Positions 1 through 8,771 of a DNA stretch of 64,000 nucleotides are shown piece after piece. The notes under the pieces were generated by a model. It had not been told where the DNA came from, did no database searches, and was given only the letters and a program-made list of their open reading frames with translations. Every line of letters starts with the position of its first letter. Within the stretch, counting starts at the first letter, position 1. A program made the translations under genes and the position numbers. The DNA is from a virus, in IMG/VR virus record IMGVR_UViG_3300007623_000006, positions 1 to 64,000 of that record. One strand, given 5' to 3'.

Positions 1-939
1 AAACTAGGTGATGTTGTATCAGTAAAAGATGATGCAAATGACATTACATTCTGGTTATCATTACAAGATAATAACAGAAATGTTACTATACCTAATACAG
101 ATTGGTGGCAAGAAGTAACAGGATATATTGATAGAGGTGATACTTCATTTTATGAAGAATATGTAGATAGAACTAGGTTAGGTGAAGGTCCTACTAATCC
201 TGCTTTAAGTCCTACTCATATAAAAATTGATAATCCTTATGCAAGTGATGGTGTATTTTGGCTTAAACCTAATGGAGTAGCAGAAGCATTCCCTTGTTAT
301 TGTAAGTTTGATAAGTATGGTGCATGGGCATTGGTATGGTCAAACTTAAGAGGATTTAGAAATAGACCTACTACAGGTATAACTTATAATAGTGCTACTA
401 ATGGTACAGCCCCATTATGGAATATACCAAGTGGAATAGGTTTAGTAGATGAAAATGGTAATCCTCTTATCAATGGAAACAAAGAACTTTGGGAAGTATA
501 TACACCTCTAAATCTTTGGAATAAATTAATGGGTGACAAAAAAGGTAAATTGCAATACGAGTGGAGACATAACTATGGGTCTAAAATTGATAAAATGCTT
601 GTATGTGATATTGACCCATTTAATAGTAGTGACTTATACAGATTGAACATATCTAATGCAAAAACAGGTACACAAGCAGGTTTATGGAGTTATCATAGAG
701 GTAGAAGATTTTCTACATATGATAGTGATAATAATGGTGGAGTGCATAATTGTGCATCATACTATTCTAACACACCTTGGTGGTATGGTTACTGTTGGTC
801 AGGGTCTATTAATGGTGGTGGAGAAAATAATGGACACTCATATTATAATGGTGCATATTGGTACTCATCTTGTAGACACTGGGGAGTTTCTTCAGGTCAT
901 GGAGCAGGTAATGGATGGTTGTATATCCAGTTCACATAA
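1..939 (+). CDS. Fibrinogen C-terminal (FReD)-like domain protein, 5'-truncated by window edge; likely virion/adhesin
   Basis: Frame 1 is open from base 1 (KLGDVV...). FReD-like motifs DGVFWLKP..FPCYC..GAWALV and YHRGRRFSTYDSDNN..CA..PWWYGYCWSGSING. Confidence 0.75.
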   Translation, partial: KLGDVVSVKDDANDITFWLSLQDNNRNVTIPNTDWWQEVTGYIDRGDTSFYEEYVDRTRLGEGPTNPALSPTHIKIDNPYASDGVFWLKPNGVAEAFPCYCKFDKYGAWALVWSNLRGFRNRPTTGITYNSATNGTAPLWNIPSGIGLVDENGNPLINGNKELWEVYTPLNLWNKLMGDKKGKLQYEWRHNYGSKIDKMLVCDIDPFNSSDLYRLNISNAKTGTQAGLWSYHRGRRFSTYDSDNNGGVHNCASYYSNTPWWYGYCWSGSINGGGENNGHSYYNGAYWYSSCRHWGVSSGHGAGNGWLYIQFT

Positions 940-942
940 ATA
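935..942 (+). promoter_or_regulatory. Possible T4-type late promoter variant (CATAAATA) upstream of the U32/radical SAM cluster
   Basis: One mismatch to TATAAATA, 30 nt before ATG 973. Confidence 0.35.
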
Positions 943-972
943 TTAATATAACTTAAACCCGAAAGGTCAAAA

Positions 973-1974
973 ATGATTAAATTATCAGTAGCGTACACAA
1001 ATCAACTGTACCCTATTTTAAGAAAATACAAAGAGCATATCAATGATATCTACTTTAGCGATGGTGAGTTTGACTCAGCTAGAGGTAGTACATCATTCGA
1101 TGAAGGTGAACACTTATCTATTGAAGAGTTAAAAGAAATTAAATCGTTAGGTATAAAGCTTAACTATGTTCTTAACTCTCCTTACTTACCAAATAGGTTG
1201 TTAAACAAACACAAAGATATTACAGAACATTTACTTTCTCTTAAAGAAGAAGGATTAGTAGATATTATCACTGTTAATAATCTTATTTTAGCAAATAATA
1301 AGCATTTTATGAAAACTTTAAATGAGAACTTTGAAGTTAAAAATAGTGTTAATAATCATATTAATAGTGCTTTAAAAACTAAAGAAATTTGTGAAAGATT
1401 TCCTACAATTGATAATATTATTGTAGATAGAAGTGTTAACAGAAATCCGGAACTAATCAAAGAAATGGCAGACATTTGTCACTCATACGGCAAAAAAATA
1501 ACTGTTCTTATTAACGAAGGTTGTTTATATAACTGTATTTTTAAAAGAGATTGTGACTTAACATTTAGTAGTCAAGATAGTGTTGGTAGTGAAGATAATG
1601 GTATTTTCAACTGTTATAAAGAAAACTTCAAAAAACATAACGACAGATACCTTAAGTCTCCTTGGATGACTGCTGAGGGTGTTGAAATGTTAGAAGGTGT
1701 CGTTGACATATTTAAGATTAGTGGTAGATATGACCCACCAGATGAAATAGAAAAAAGAATTAGATATTACTTATACAATGACAGAGATGTTATGTTAAGA
1801 CATATACTTGATAAAGTTTTAAATGAAAAATATGATGAAATTTATAACTTAAGTATGATGGAATTATCAGTTTGGGGTATGTCAAGAACATTAACTAATT
1901 GTAAAAATGATTGTATGAATTGTGATAAGTGTGATGTGTTCTTAGAAAAATATAAGGAAGATAAAAATGACTGA
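973..1974 (+). CDS. Peptidase U32-family Fe-S protein (copy 1)
   Basis: LNYVLNS, LINEGCLYNC..C, DIFKISGR, C-terminal CKNDCMNCDKC. Confidence 0.75.
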   Translation: MIKLSVAYTNQLYPILRKYKEHINDIYFSDGEFDSARGSTSFDEGEHLSIEELKEIKSLGIKLNYVLNSPYLPNRLLNKHKDITEHLLSLKEEGLVDIITVNNLILANNKHFMKTLNENFEVKNSVNNHINSALKTKEICERFPTIDNIIVDRSVNRNPELIKEMADICHSYGKKITVLINEGCLYNCIFKRDCDLTFSSQDSVGSEDNGIFNCYKENFKKHNDRYLKSPWMTAEGVEMLEGVVDIFKISGRYDPPDEIEKRIRYYLYNDRDVMLRHILDKVLNEKYDEIYNLSMMELSVWGMSRTLTNCKNDCMNCDKCDVFLEKYKEDKND

Positions 1975-2668
1975 TTTAAACGAAAACCCGTTTTTAACTG
2001 CTATTATTAGACAAAAACAAGAAATCGAATTATTAAGAAATGAGTATGATGTGGCAGAAGATAGATTTGACCACATATTCACTATTAAAAAATTCAAATT
2101 AGATAATCAAATTCTTAGTTATATGGCTATGCCATTTGACTATGAACCTGAACTTGAGAAAAAAGAAATTGAAGCTAATGAATTGGATATTGTTAAACTT
2201 GGATTAATTACTAATGAACAAGTATACATTCTTAATGACTTAGATGTACAAGACCCTGGTCAGACTGTTATGTACGATGAAGAAACAGGTGAAGTATGGG
2301 AAATCAGAATAAAAGTTGAGTGTTTAATAGATGGTTCATATTTTGATGAAAATAAAAAAACTTGGATTTTACCTAAAGGTACTAAAGAAGCTAAGTTTCA
2401 TATTTACCCAATAAAAAACCAAAAAGAGCATTTCGACTTTTCTGAGTTTCACGAGTTTTCAATCAAGTCTATGGAAAAAATGACTAACTACATGATGTTA
2501 AACGACGAAGAAGGTCAAATAAAACTATACTTAGAAAAAGAACCACAAGATATTAAAGCAAACATTATTCAAGATTATTGGGAGCAAGTAATTAGAGTTA
2601 AACTTATCACTAAAGAAGGTGCTAAGAAATGGTTAACTCACTACATTTGTTTTAAAACTAAGGATTGA
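1967..2668 (+). CDS. Hypothetical protein, U32 partner copy 1 (paralog of 3623..4294)
   Basis: Overlaps U32 stop; C-terminal FDFSEFHEFSIKSM..EQVIRVKL..WLTHYI matches the second copy. Confidence 0.7.
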   Translation: MTDLNENPFLTAIIRQKQEIELLRNEYDVAEDRFDHIFTIKKFKLDNQILSYMAMPFDYEPELEKKEIEANELDIVKLGLITNEQVYILNDLDVQDPGQTVMYDEETGEVWEIRIKVECLIDGSYFDENKKTWILPKGTKEAKFHIYPIKNQKEHFDFSEFHEFSIKSMEKMTNYMMLNDEEGQIKLYLEKEPQDIKANIIQDYWEQVIRVKLITKEGAKKWLTHYICFKTKD

Positions 2669-2669
2669 T

Positions 2670-3626
2670 ATGAAATTATCAATTCCTTATGTTAGAGGTA
2701 TATCTAAAATAATTAAAGAATATAAAAATAACATTTATGATGTTTATTTTACAGATGATGTACTTCAATCTGCTAGACCCAGAACTACACATAACACTGA
2801 ATATATGAACTTATATAAAGAAATGGAAGAAATAAGAGTACAAGGTGTTAAAAGAACTTTTCTTCTTAACTCTATAATGATTAATGACCCATCACTAAAA
2901 GATTTAAGAAGTGACCCAGTTAGAAAAACAGTTAATCATTTAGCAAGAATTAAGGATAAATATGATATAATAACTGTAAACAACTTAATGTATCTGTACG
3001 ACCCTGATTTTATAGAAGTTACTCAAGGTAAAAAATTAAAAAATTCAGTTAATAATAAAATTGACAGTTTATATAAACTGGAAGAATGTTTTAAAATTAC
3101 CGATTGGGATGCTATTAATATAGATAGAAGAATCAACAGAAACAATAAACTTATTAATCAAATGTGCAAAGCCGTTAGAGATAAGGGTGCAGTTTCATAT
3201 GTATTAGTAAATGAAGGTTGTCATTGGGACTGTATATTTAAAGAATATTGTGATATTTCTATGACAGACCGTAACCAAATGACATCATTTAGTTGTTTAG
3301 AACACTATAATATAGGTAAACCTGAAAGTTACCTTAAGACTCCATTATTATTTCATGATAATGTTCAACATATAGATGCAGATGTATTTAAAATAAGTGG
3401 TAGATTCAATCCTGTCGATATTATAGAAAAAAGAATAAGACATTACTTGTATGGTGAAAATATTACTTTAGGTGAATTAATTGATAAACCTTTTGAAGAA
3501 GGTGACCCAGTTGAGCATATGGACTATAAAACATTAAATAAATATAGTATGACAGAATACTTATACGATTGTAAAAATAACTGTTTAAATTGTAGTAAGT
3601 GTGACAATATAAGGAATATTTTATGA
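2670..3626 (+). CDS. Peptidase U32-family Fe-S protein (copy 2)
   Basis: Collinear with copy 1: KNSVNN, IDRRINRN, LVNEGCHWDC..C, DVFKISGR, CKNNCLNCSKC. Confidence 0.75.
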   Translation: MKLSIPYVRGISKIIKEYKNNIYDVYFTDDVLQSARPRTTHNTEYMNLYKEMEEIRVQGVKRTFLLNSIMINDPSLKDLRSDPVRKTVNHLARIKDKYDIITVNNLMYLYDPDFIEVTQGKKLKNSVNNKIDSLYKLEECFKITDWDAINIDRRINRNNKLINQMCKAVRDKGAVSYVLVNEGCHWDCIFKEYCDISMTDRNQMTSFSCLEHYNIGKPESYLKTPLLFHDNVQHIDADVFKISGRFNPVDIIEKRIRHYLYGENITLGELIDKPFEEGDPVEHMDYKTLNKYSMTEYLYDCKNNCLNCSKCDNIRNIL

Positions 3627-4294
3627 TACCATTAACTAGAAAATTTTATAACTCTATAGTTTATCACAGGAAAGCAATTAACAGGTCAATGCCTATACTA
3701 ACTAGTGATTTTAATACTATCTCATTTATATACCACAAAGCGTCTGGTGTTGTTGAAAGTTTATCTTCAACACCACTATCACTAAGTGCAGATAATCAAT
3801 TTTTATATGAAGCCGTTAATCTTACAGAATTTACACCAGAAACAAAAGAACTAATAAGAAACTACAAACATACATTTGGTAAGAGTCAACTTATATGGGA
3901 CAGTGAAAAGAAAGAGTTTGATGTGTTAACATTAAACTACAATGTAAGAAAGTATACAAGATTTATAGAAGAAATTAATTTGTATGATGTAGACTATGAT
4001 AATGAATTTATTATAGATTTTAGTGTTACTAATCTTAAAGGAGAGGAAATTGATTTATCAAATTTTAGTGAAGTTTCACTAAAAAATATGGGTGATAAAG
4101 ATAAAAAGAATGATATGTCAATAAATAACATAAGCGGAAAGGAAACAATCCAGCTACCAAAAGAAAATGACCAATGGTTTAGAGTAACTATAAATGACTT
4201 TAACGAGGAAAATGTAGTTAGAGTAAAAATTAAACATATTGAACATCAAACTTTATGGCTTACGGCCTTTATAGCTCTTAGAGCAAACAAATAA
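3623..4294 (+). CDS. Hypothetical protein, U32 partner copy 2
   Basis: ATGA overlap with U32 copy 2; IDLSNFSEVSLKNM..ENVVRVKI..WLTAFI. Confidence 0.7.
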   Translation: MIPLTRKFYNSIVYHRKAINRSMPILTSDFNTISFIYHKASGVVESLSSTPLSLSADNQFLYEAVNLTEFTPETKELIRNYKHTFGKSQLIWDSEKKEFDVLTLNYNVRKYTRFIEEINLYDVDYDNEFIIDFSVTNLKGEEIDLSNFSEVSLKNMGDKDKKNDMSINNISGKETIQLPKENDQWFRVTINDFNEENVVRVKIKHIEHQTLWLTAFIALRANK

Positions 4295-4307
4295 CGAAAG
4301 GAATTAT

Positions 4308-5471
4308 ATGGTTTTTGATATTAATGTTACAAGTAGATGTAATCTTGCTTGTACTTATTGTTCAGAAGGTAATGAGTGTGGGTTGAGTTCAATTCAATCT
4401 GCTAACACGCAAGTCGATGTATTTGACTTATATAAATTTATAGACAAGTTTCCAGAGGAAGAAACATTTGAATTATTCTTCTGGGGTGGTGAACCAATGC
4501 TAAATTGGGCTTACTGTAAAGAGGTAATTGACCATTATATAGATGATAAAAGATTTGGTTTTTATTTTTATACTAACGGTATGTACATAGATAGATACTG
4601 GGATGATATTTTAGAATTACACAAAAAAACAAAATACCAAAATCATGGTGGAAAAGGTAGATTACACTTCCAAATTTCTTACGATGGTGACCCTATTAAT
4701 GAGATTGAAAGAATTGATAAAAAAGGTAAAACTGTTTCTTGGAAAGTTAAAGAAAACTATGAAAAATTAAGACAGGAAGGTATATCAACTTCTCTTAAGT
4801 CTGTTATTGTTGCAAGAAGTTTTAAACACATTTATGAAGCATATTTAGATGTATCTGCTATCAACTTTAACTATTCTCCTACACCAGATTCATTTTCACA
4901 AATGACAGAAGAAGAGTTTCAACCATTCTTAGATGAATTAGGTGAAGGACTAAAAAATATTGCTAAACACATATATGACAATAATTTACCACCTGAAACA
5001 TTTGCTTGGTTCCAAGATAGTAAAAAGTTATGTGGTGCAGGTAAAGGGTACTACTCAATCGACCTTAATGGAGACTTAAGTCCTTGTCATGGTTGTATGT
5101 ATAGAGACACCGATACACATAAAGTTGGTAATGTAAATGAAATCCTTGCAGATGATATTAATATTAAAGACTACTTAGAAACTGTTAGTCAAGCATACAA
5201 AGAAGGACACCATAAAACAAATGAGTGTTTATCGTGTGACGCACTTTATTGTTTAAAATGTCCAGTTGGGTGTTTTGACAAGTCTGACAAAGGACAAAGT
5301 GATAAGGCAAATGACGAATTGAGATTTACTGACCCTGAATATTTTGAAAAATGGTCAGATGCAAATGCAAATTGGCAAATGTGTAAAGTGTTTAAGCTTT
5401 CAGACAAATACCATAAAGCACTTAGATATGCACTTAACTTAAGAGCACAAAAATTACAAAATGTTAAATAA
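4308..5471 (+). CDS. Radical SAM/SPASM-domain maturase 1
   Basis: CNLACTYC, FWGGEP, YTNG, ISYDG; SPASM-like CGAG..SPCHGC..CLSC..C..CPVGC..C. Confidence 0.92.
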   Translation: MVFDINVTSRCNLACTYCSEGNECGLSSIQSANTQVDVFDLYKFIDKFPEEETFELFFWGGEPMLNWAYCKEVIDHYIDDKRFGFYFYTNGMYIDRYWDDILELHKKTKYQNHGGKGRLHFQISYDGDPINEIERIDKKGKTVSWKVKENYEKLRQEGISTSLKSVIVARSFKHIYEAYLDVSAINFNYSPTPDSFSQMTEEEFQPFLDELGEGLKNIAKHIYDNNLPPETFAWFQDSKKLCGAGKGYYSIDLNGDLSPCHGCMYRDTDTHKVGNVNEILADDINIKDYLETVSQAYKEGHHKTNECLSCDALYCLKCPVGCFDKSDKGQSDKANDELRFTDPEYFEKWSDANANWQMCKVFKLSDKYHKALRYALNLRAQKLQNVK

Positions 5472-5491
5472 GACTTTTTTGGTCTTATTTA
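5465..5491 (+). other. Hairpin across the rSAM1 stop codon, followed by AATAAATA late-promoter-like octamer (5492-5499)
   Basis: TAAATAAGAC-N7-GTCTTATTTA perfect 10-bp stem. Confidence 0.5.
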
Positions 5492-5519
5492 AATAAATAA
5501 AAATAAATTATAAAGGATT

Positions 5520-6614
5520 TTGATGTTTACATTAGAATTACTAGTTACAGAAAAGTGTAACTTAGGTTGTCCTTATTGTTATGTTGCTAATAAAAACAAG
5601 TTTATGACAAAAGAGACATTTGACAAAAAGTTTGACCAATTACATGACCTTGTTAGAAGAACAGGTGAGAAAGATTATCATATTTCTTTCTTTGGTGGTG
5701 AACCATTATTAAATTGGGAATTGATAGAGCACGCTGTTCCTAAATTTAAAGCAGACCCTCTTTGTAAAGGTATCGTTATTATTTCTAACTTTACACTAAT
5801 TGACCAAGAGAAATCTGACTTTTTATTAAAGAACGGTGTAGGTGTATCATGGTCATTTGATGGTATTACATCAAACGAAACTAGACCTCTTATTAAAACT
5901 CCCGAAAATGATGGTTACTACGGTACACCTGAAGGTATCCTTAAAATGTACGAAGATAAAAAGGACTTAATCCTACGGCATGTACAAGGTTGTAAATTTA
6001 TGGTATGGCCTGGTAATAGTCAATTAATGACAGAAAACTTAGAATTCTTTGCTGATTGGGGTATACCTTTCCCTGACTATTCACTTGTAAGAGATGATGT
6101 ATGGTCAATTGAGGATATTAAAAACTTTAAAACTGACTTAAGAGCACTAGGTGATAGAACTATTAAGTACCTTATGGAAGAAGAAAAAATGGTTATGCCT
6201 GGTTTCTTTAGTTTATCTATTATGGATTCTATGTTAGGACTATCTAAAGGTAAAAGACCATTTGGATGTTTTGCAGGTTGTAGAGGTGTTGCTATTATGC
6301 CTGATGGTGAGGTATACCCTTGTGCTAGATTTGGGTCTAAAAGAATTATGGAAATTGATGAAAATTATGATTTCTCATATTACCAAAGTAAGTTTAAACC
6401 TGAGAATTATGATAAATGTAAAACTTGTGACATTGAAAAAATATGTAATGCTGGTTGTACATACAGTCAGGTAAGAAACGACAACAAACCGTTAGACAGT
6501 ATTTGTGAATTATTTCACATTATTACAGAAGAAAGTTACAGAGTACTAGACGAGTGTAAAGACAGTCCGTTATTACAACAGTATTTCTTAAACGCATTTA
6601 ACAATATAGGATAA
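5520..6614 (+). CDS. Radical SAM/SPASM-domain maturase 2
   Basis: CNLGCPYC, FFGGEP, WSFDG; SPASM CFAG..YPC..CKTC....CNAGC..C. Confidence 0.93.
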   Translation: MMFTLELLVTEKCNLGCPYCYVANKNKFMTKETFDKKFDQLHDLVRRTGEKDYHISFFGGEPLLNWELIEHAVPKFKADPLCKGIVIISNFTLIDQEKSDFLLKNGVGVSWSFDGITSNETRPLIKTPENDGYYGTPEGILKMYEDKKDLILRHVQGCKFMVWPGNSQLMTENLEFFADWGIPFPDYSLVRDDVWSIEDIKNFKTDLRALGDRTIKYLMEEEKMVMPGFFSLSIMDSMLGLSKGKRPFGCFAGCRGVAIMPDGEVYPCARFGSKRIMEIDENYDFSYYQSKFKPENYDKCKTCDIEKICNAGCTYSQVRNDNKPLDSICELFHIITEESYRVLDECKDSPLLQQYFLNAFNNIG

Positions 6615-6618
6615 TATT

Positions 6619-6828
6619 ATGGCTGGAATGACTATTAAAGAATTAGAAGACGCATTAGAAACTGCTAAAGTACAAATGGCTAAAGTTGACAGTGAATATG
6701 TTAATTATGACCACAGAGGTCACTTGTTTGATTATGATATAGATTATGTTAAATTTATTAATAATATAGCATATGTTATTAAAGAAGGTACTAGAAAAGG
6801 TCTAGACTTTAAAAATCAAGGAAGATAA
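6619..6828 (+). CDS. Small hypothetical protein within the rSAM cluster
   Basis: AGGA SD, tightly packed between two rSAM genes. Confidence 0.6.
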   Translation: MAGMTIKELEDALETAKVQMAKVDSEYVNYDHRGHLFDYDIDYVKFINNIAYVIKEGTRKGLDFKNQGR

Positions 6829-7671
6829 ATGAAACAAGAGGAAAACAACAAACCTACCGAAAATGGTAATGTTAACATTTTGTATTTTACTACAAAATGT
6901 AACCTCGATTGTACATACTGCTATGAAGATTTAGGTAATAAAGAGAAAAAATCTACTTCTTTAGAAGACTTAAAAAAACAAGTCGATGAGATTATAGCAA
7001 CTGAACCAATTGATACTCAGACATTATTTGTATTATTTGGTGGTGAACCTACTTTAGAATGGGATAATGTTAAAGGTGTAGTAGATTATGCTTACAGTAA
7101 AAAACAAAATGTATTCTTTAATTTAGAAACAAATGGAATAAAATTTTTAGACCAAACTTTTCTAGATGATTACTTAGATTTTTTTAAAAATAAACCACAT
7201 TCACTTGATATATCATTTGATGGTATAGGCAATCACTTAAGACAAGACCATAAAGGTAATGATAGCACTCAACAACTATTAGATGTGCTACATATTTTTA
7301 AAGAATTACCTTGGGTTAATTGGAGAATACGATACACTATAACTAAAGCAAACTTTAAAGATTTTGCAAGTGATGTAGTTAAACTAGGTAAATCATTTGG
7401 ACCTAGAAGAATAATTACAAGTGAAGATAGTGACTCATTTACCCAAGCTGATTATTATCATATAAATAAACAAAAGACTGTTTTAAAACATCTTTGGGAT
7501 ACAGATAAGTTAGATATACCAATATGTAATATTTTCTGTGATAACTGTACAGGGTGTGAAAGCTCTAAAGCAAACAAAAGATATTACAAAGATGGTCAAA
7601 TGGTTGACAGTATTGAAGTCAAAGATAATCAAGGTGAGTTCTCACACTTTAAAACAAAAAAAGGCAAATAA
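6829..7671 (+). CDS. Radical SAM protein 3 with a short Cys-rich C-terminus
   Basis: CNLDCTYC, LFGGEP, ETNG, ISFDG; C-terminal CNIFCDNCTGC instead of a full SPASM. Confidence 0.9.
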   Translation: MKQEENNKPTENGNVNILYFTTKCNLDCTYCYEDLGNKEKKSTSLEDLKKQVDEIIATEPIDTQTLFVLFGGEPTLEWDNVKGVVDYAYSKKQNVFFNLETNGIKFLDQTFLDDYLDFFKNKPHSLDISFDGIGNHLRQDHKGNDSTQQLLDVLHIFKELPWVNWRIRYTITKANFKDFASDVVKLGKSFGPRRIITSEDSDSFTQADYYHINKQKTVLKHLWDTDKLDIPICNIFCDNCTGCESSKANKRYYKDGQMVDSIEVKDNQGEFSHFKTKKGK

Positions 7672-8174
7672 TGAAAGAAAGCGAATACAAAGAACTTATA
7701 CAAGAAAAGTTTTATGATGTAATGTCTAAATCTGCAATTGTACAAGAAAAAAATCCTGAAATAGGTGAAGTTTTACAAGATATGACTGAGTTATTAGTGT
7801 TACTTTTTGAAAGACATTCAGAAGCATTTAAACACTTTGACAATAATATTATGGGGTTATCTGGTGATGTAGCACAATTACACCAAGAAGTACAAAATGC
7901 TAGTTCATGCTGTGGTACAGGTACTTGTGGTACAGGTTCAACTCAACCAGCAACACTTCAAGGAATGGAACAAGAAATGTCTGGAGAAATGTTTGACCTT
8001 GCTGCTGACATTATGGGTGGTGATAATGATAATAATGGATATGTTCAATATATAAATAATAAAAGAAAAGAAGTTAAAGAGTATGTTACTAAAGGTGAAG
8101 AAGTTGAGAATGAAACTCAATTAGATGCTGATATAGCAACACTAGGTAACTTTATAGATAAAAAATTGAGGTAG
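7671..8174 (+). CDS. Hypothetical helical protein with central SSCCGTGTCGTGS motif
   Basis: Translationally coupled to rSAM3. Confidence 0.7.
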   Translation: MKESEYKELIQEKFYDVMSKSAIVQEKNPEIGEVLQDMTELLVLLFERHSEAFKHFDNNIMGLSGDVAQLHQEVQNASSCCGTGTCGTGSTQPATLQGMEQEMSGEMFDLAADIMGGDNDNNGYVQYINNKRKEVKEYVTKGEEVENETQLDADIATLGNFIDKKLR

Positions 8175-8177
8175 ACA

Positions 8178-8762
8178 ATGATTTCATTAGACACAATACT
8201 TTACAAAATAAACCTTATGGTTAAAAAAGAAAAATACGATGATGCAATATTAGTATTAGAAAATGCAATTGAAGATGACTTAGTTAATACAGAAGATGAA
8301 AAAACACTTAGTATTAAATATTTACAATTGTTACTTTTAAGAAAAACACCTGAAGATATCCAAAACTTTAGAGAATGGTGTGAAAAGTTAAAAAAAGAAG
8401 AATTTGACCCTAAAATGTCAGAATATGTTTATAACTTTGTTTCTTATTTACTAACTTATGGTGAATTAACTTATACAGACGAAGAATATAAATTGTATAA
8501 GGAAATTATTAGTTGGAACAAAAAACACTTCTTTTATATTACTCTTGTATTAAATGAAATTTCATTTTTACATGAAAATCCAGAAGAAAGATTTGAAGCA
8601 CAGGTAACTGCAATGGAAGAGTTTTTTGAAGGATTAACTGACGAAGAAGAAGAATTAGCAAAAGAGTACTTTGGTGAGATTAAAGCTAAAATTCAATCTA
8701 AACCTGAATTAAATTCAGATGATACAAGAATGTTAGAATTATTTTACATTCTAGATATATAG
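8178..8762 (+). CDS. Hypothetical alpha-helical (TPR-like) protein
   Basis: KYDDAILVLENAI TPR-like helix; GAGG SD. Confidence 0.55.
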   Translation: MISLDTILYKINLMVKKEKYDDAILVLENAIEDDLVNTEDEKTLSIKYLQLLLLRKTPEDIQNFREWCEKLKKEEFDPKMSEYVYNFVSYLLTYGELTYTDEEYKLYKEIISWNKKHFFYITLVLNEISFLHENPEERFEAQVTAMEEFFEGLTDEEEELAKEYFGEIKAKIQSKPELNSDDTRMLELFYILDI

Positions 8763-8771
8763 GAAATTATT

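Noticed and set aside
973-3626. U32 proteins as collagenase-type proteases
   Set aside because: The family name is historical; characterised members are Fe-S hydroxylation factors and the conserved Cys clusters fit that. A leader-peptidase role cannot be fully excluded but is unsupported.
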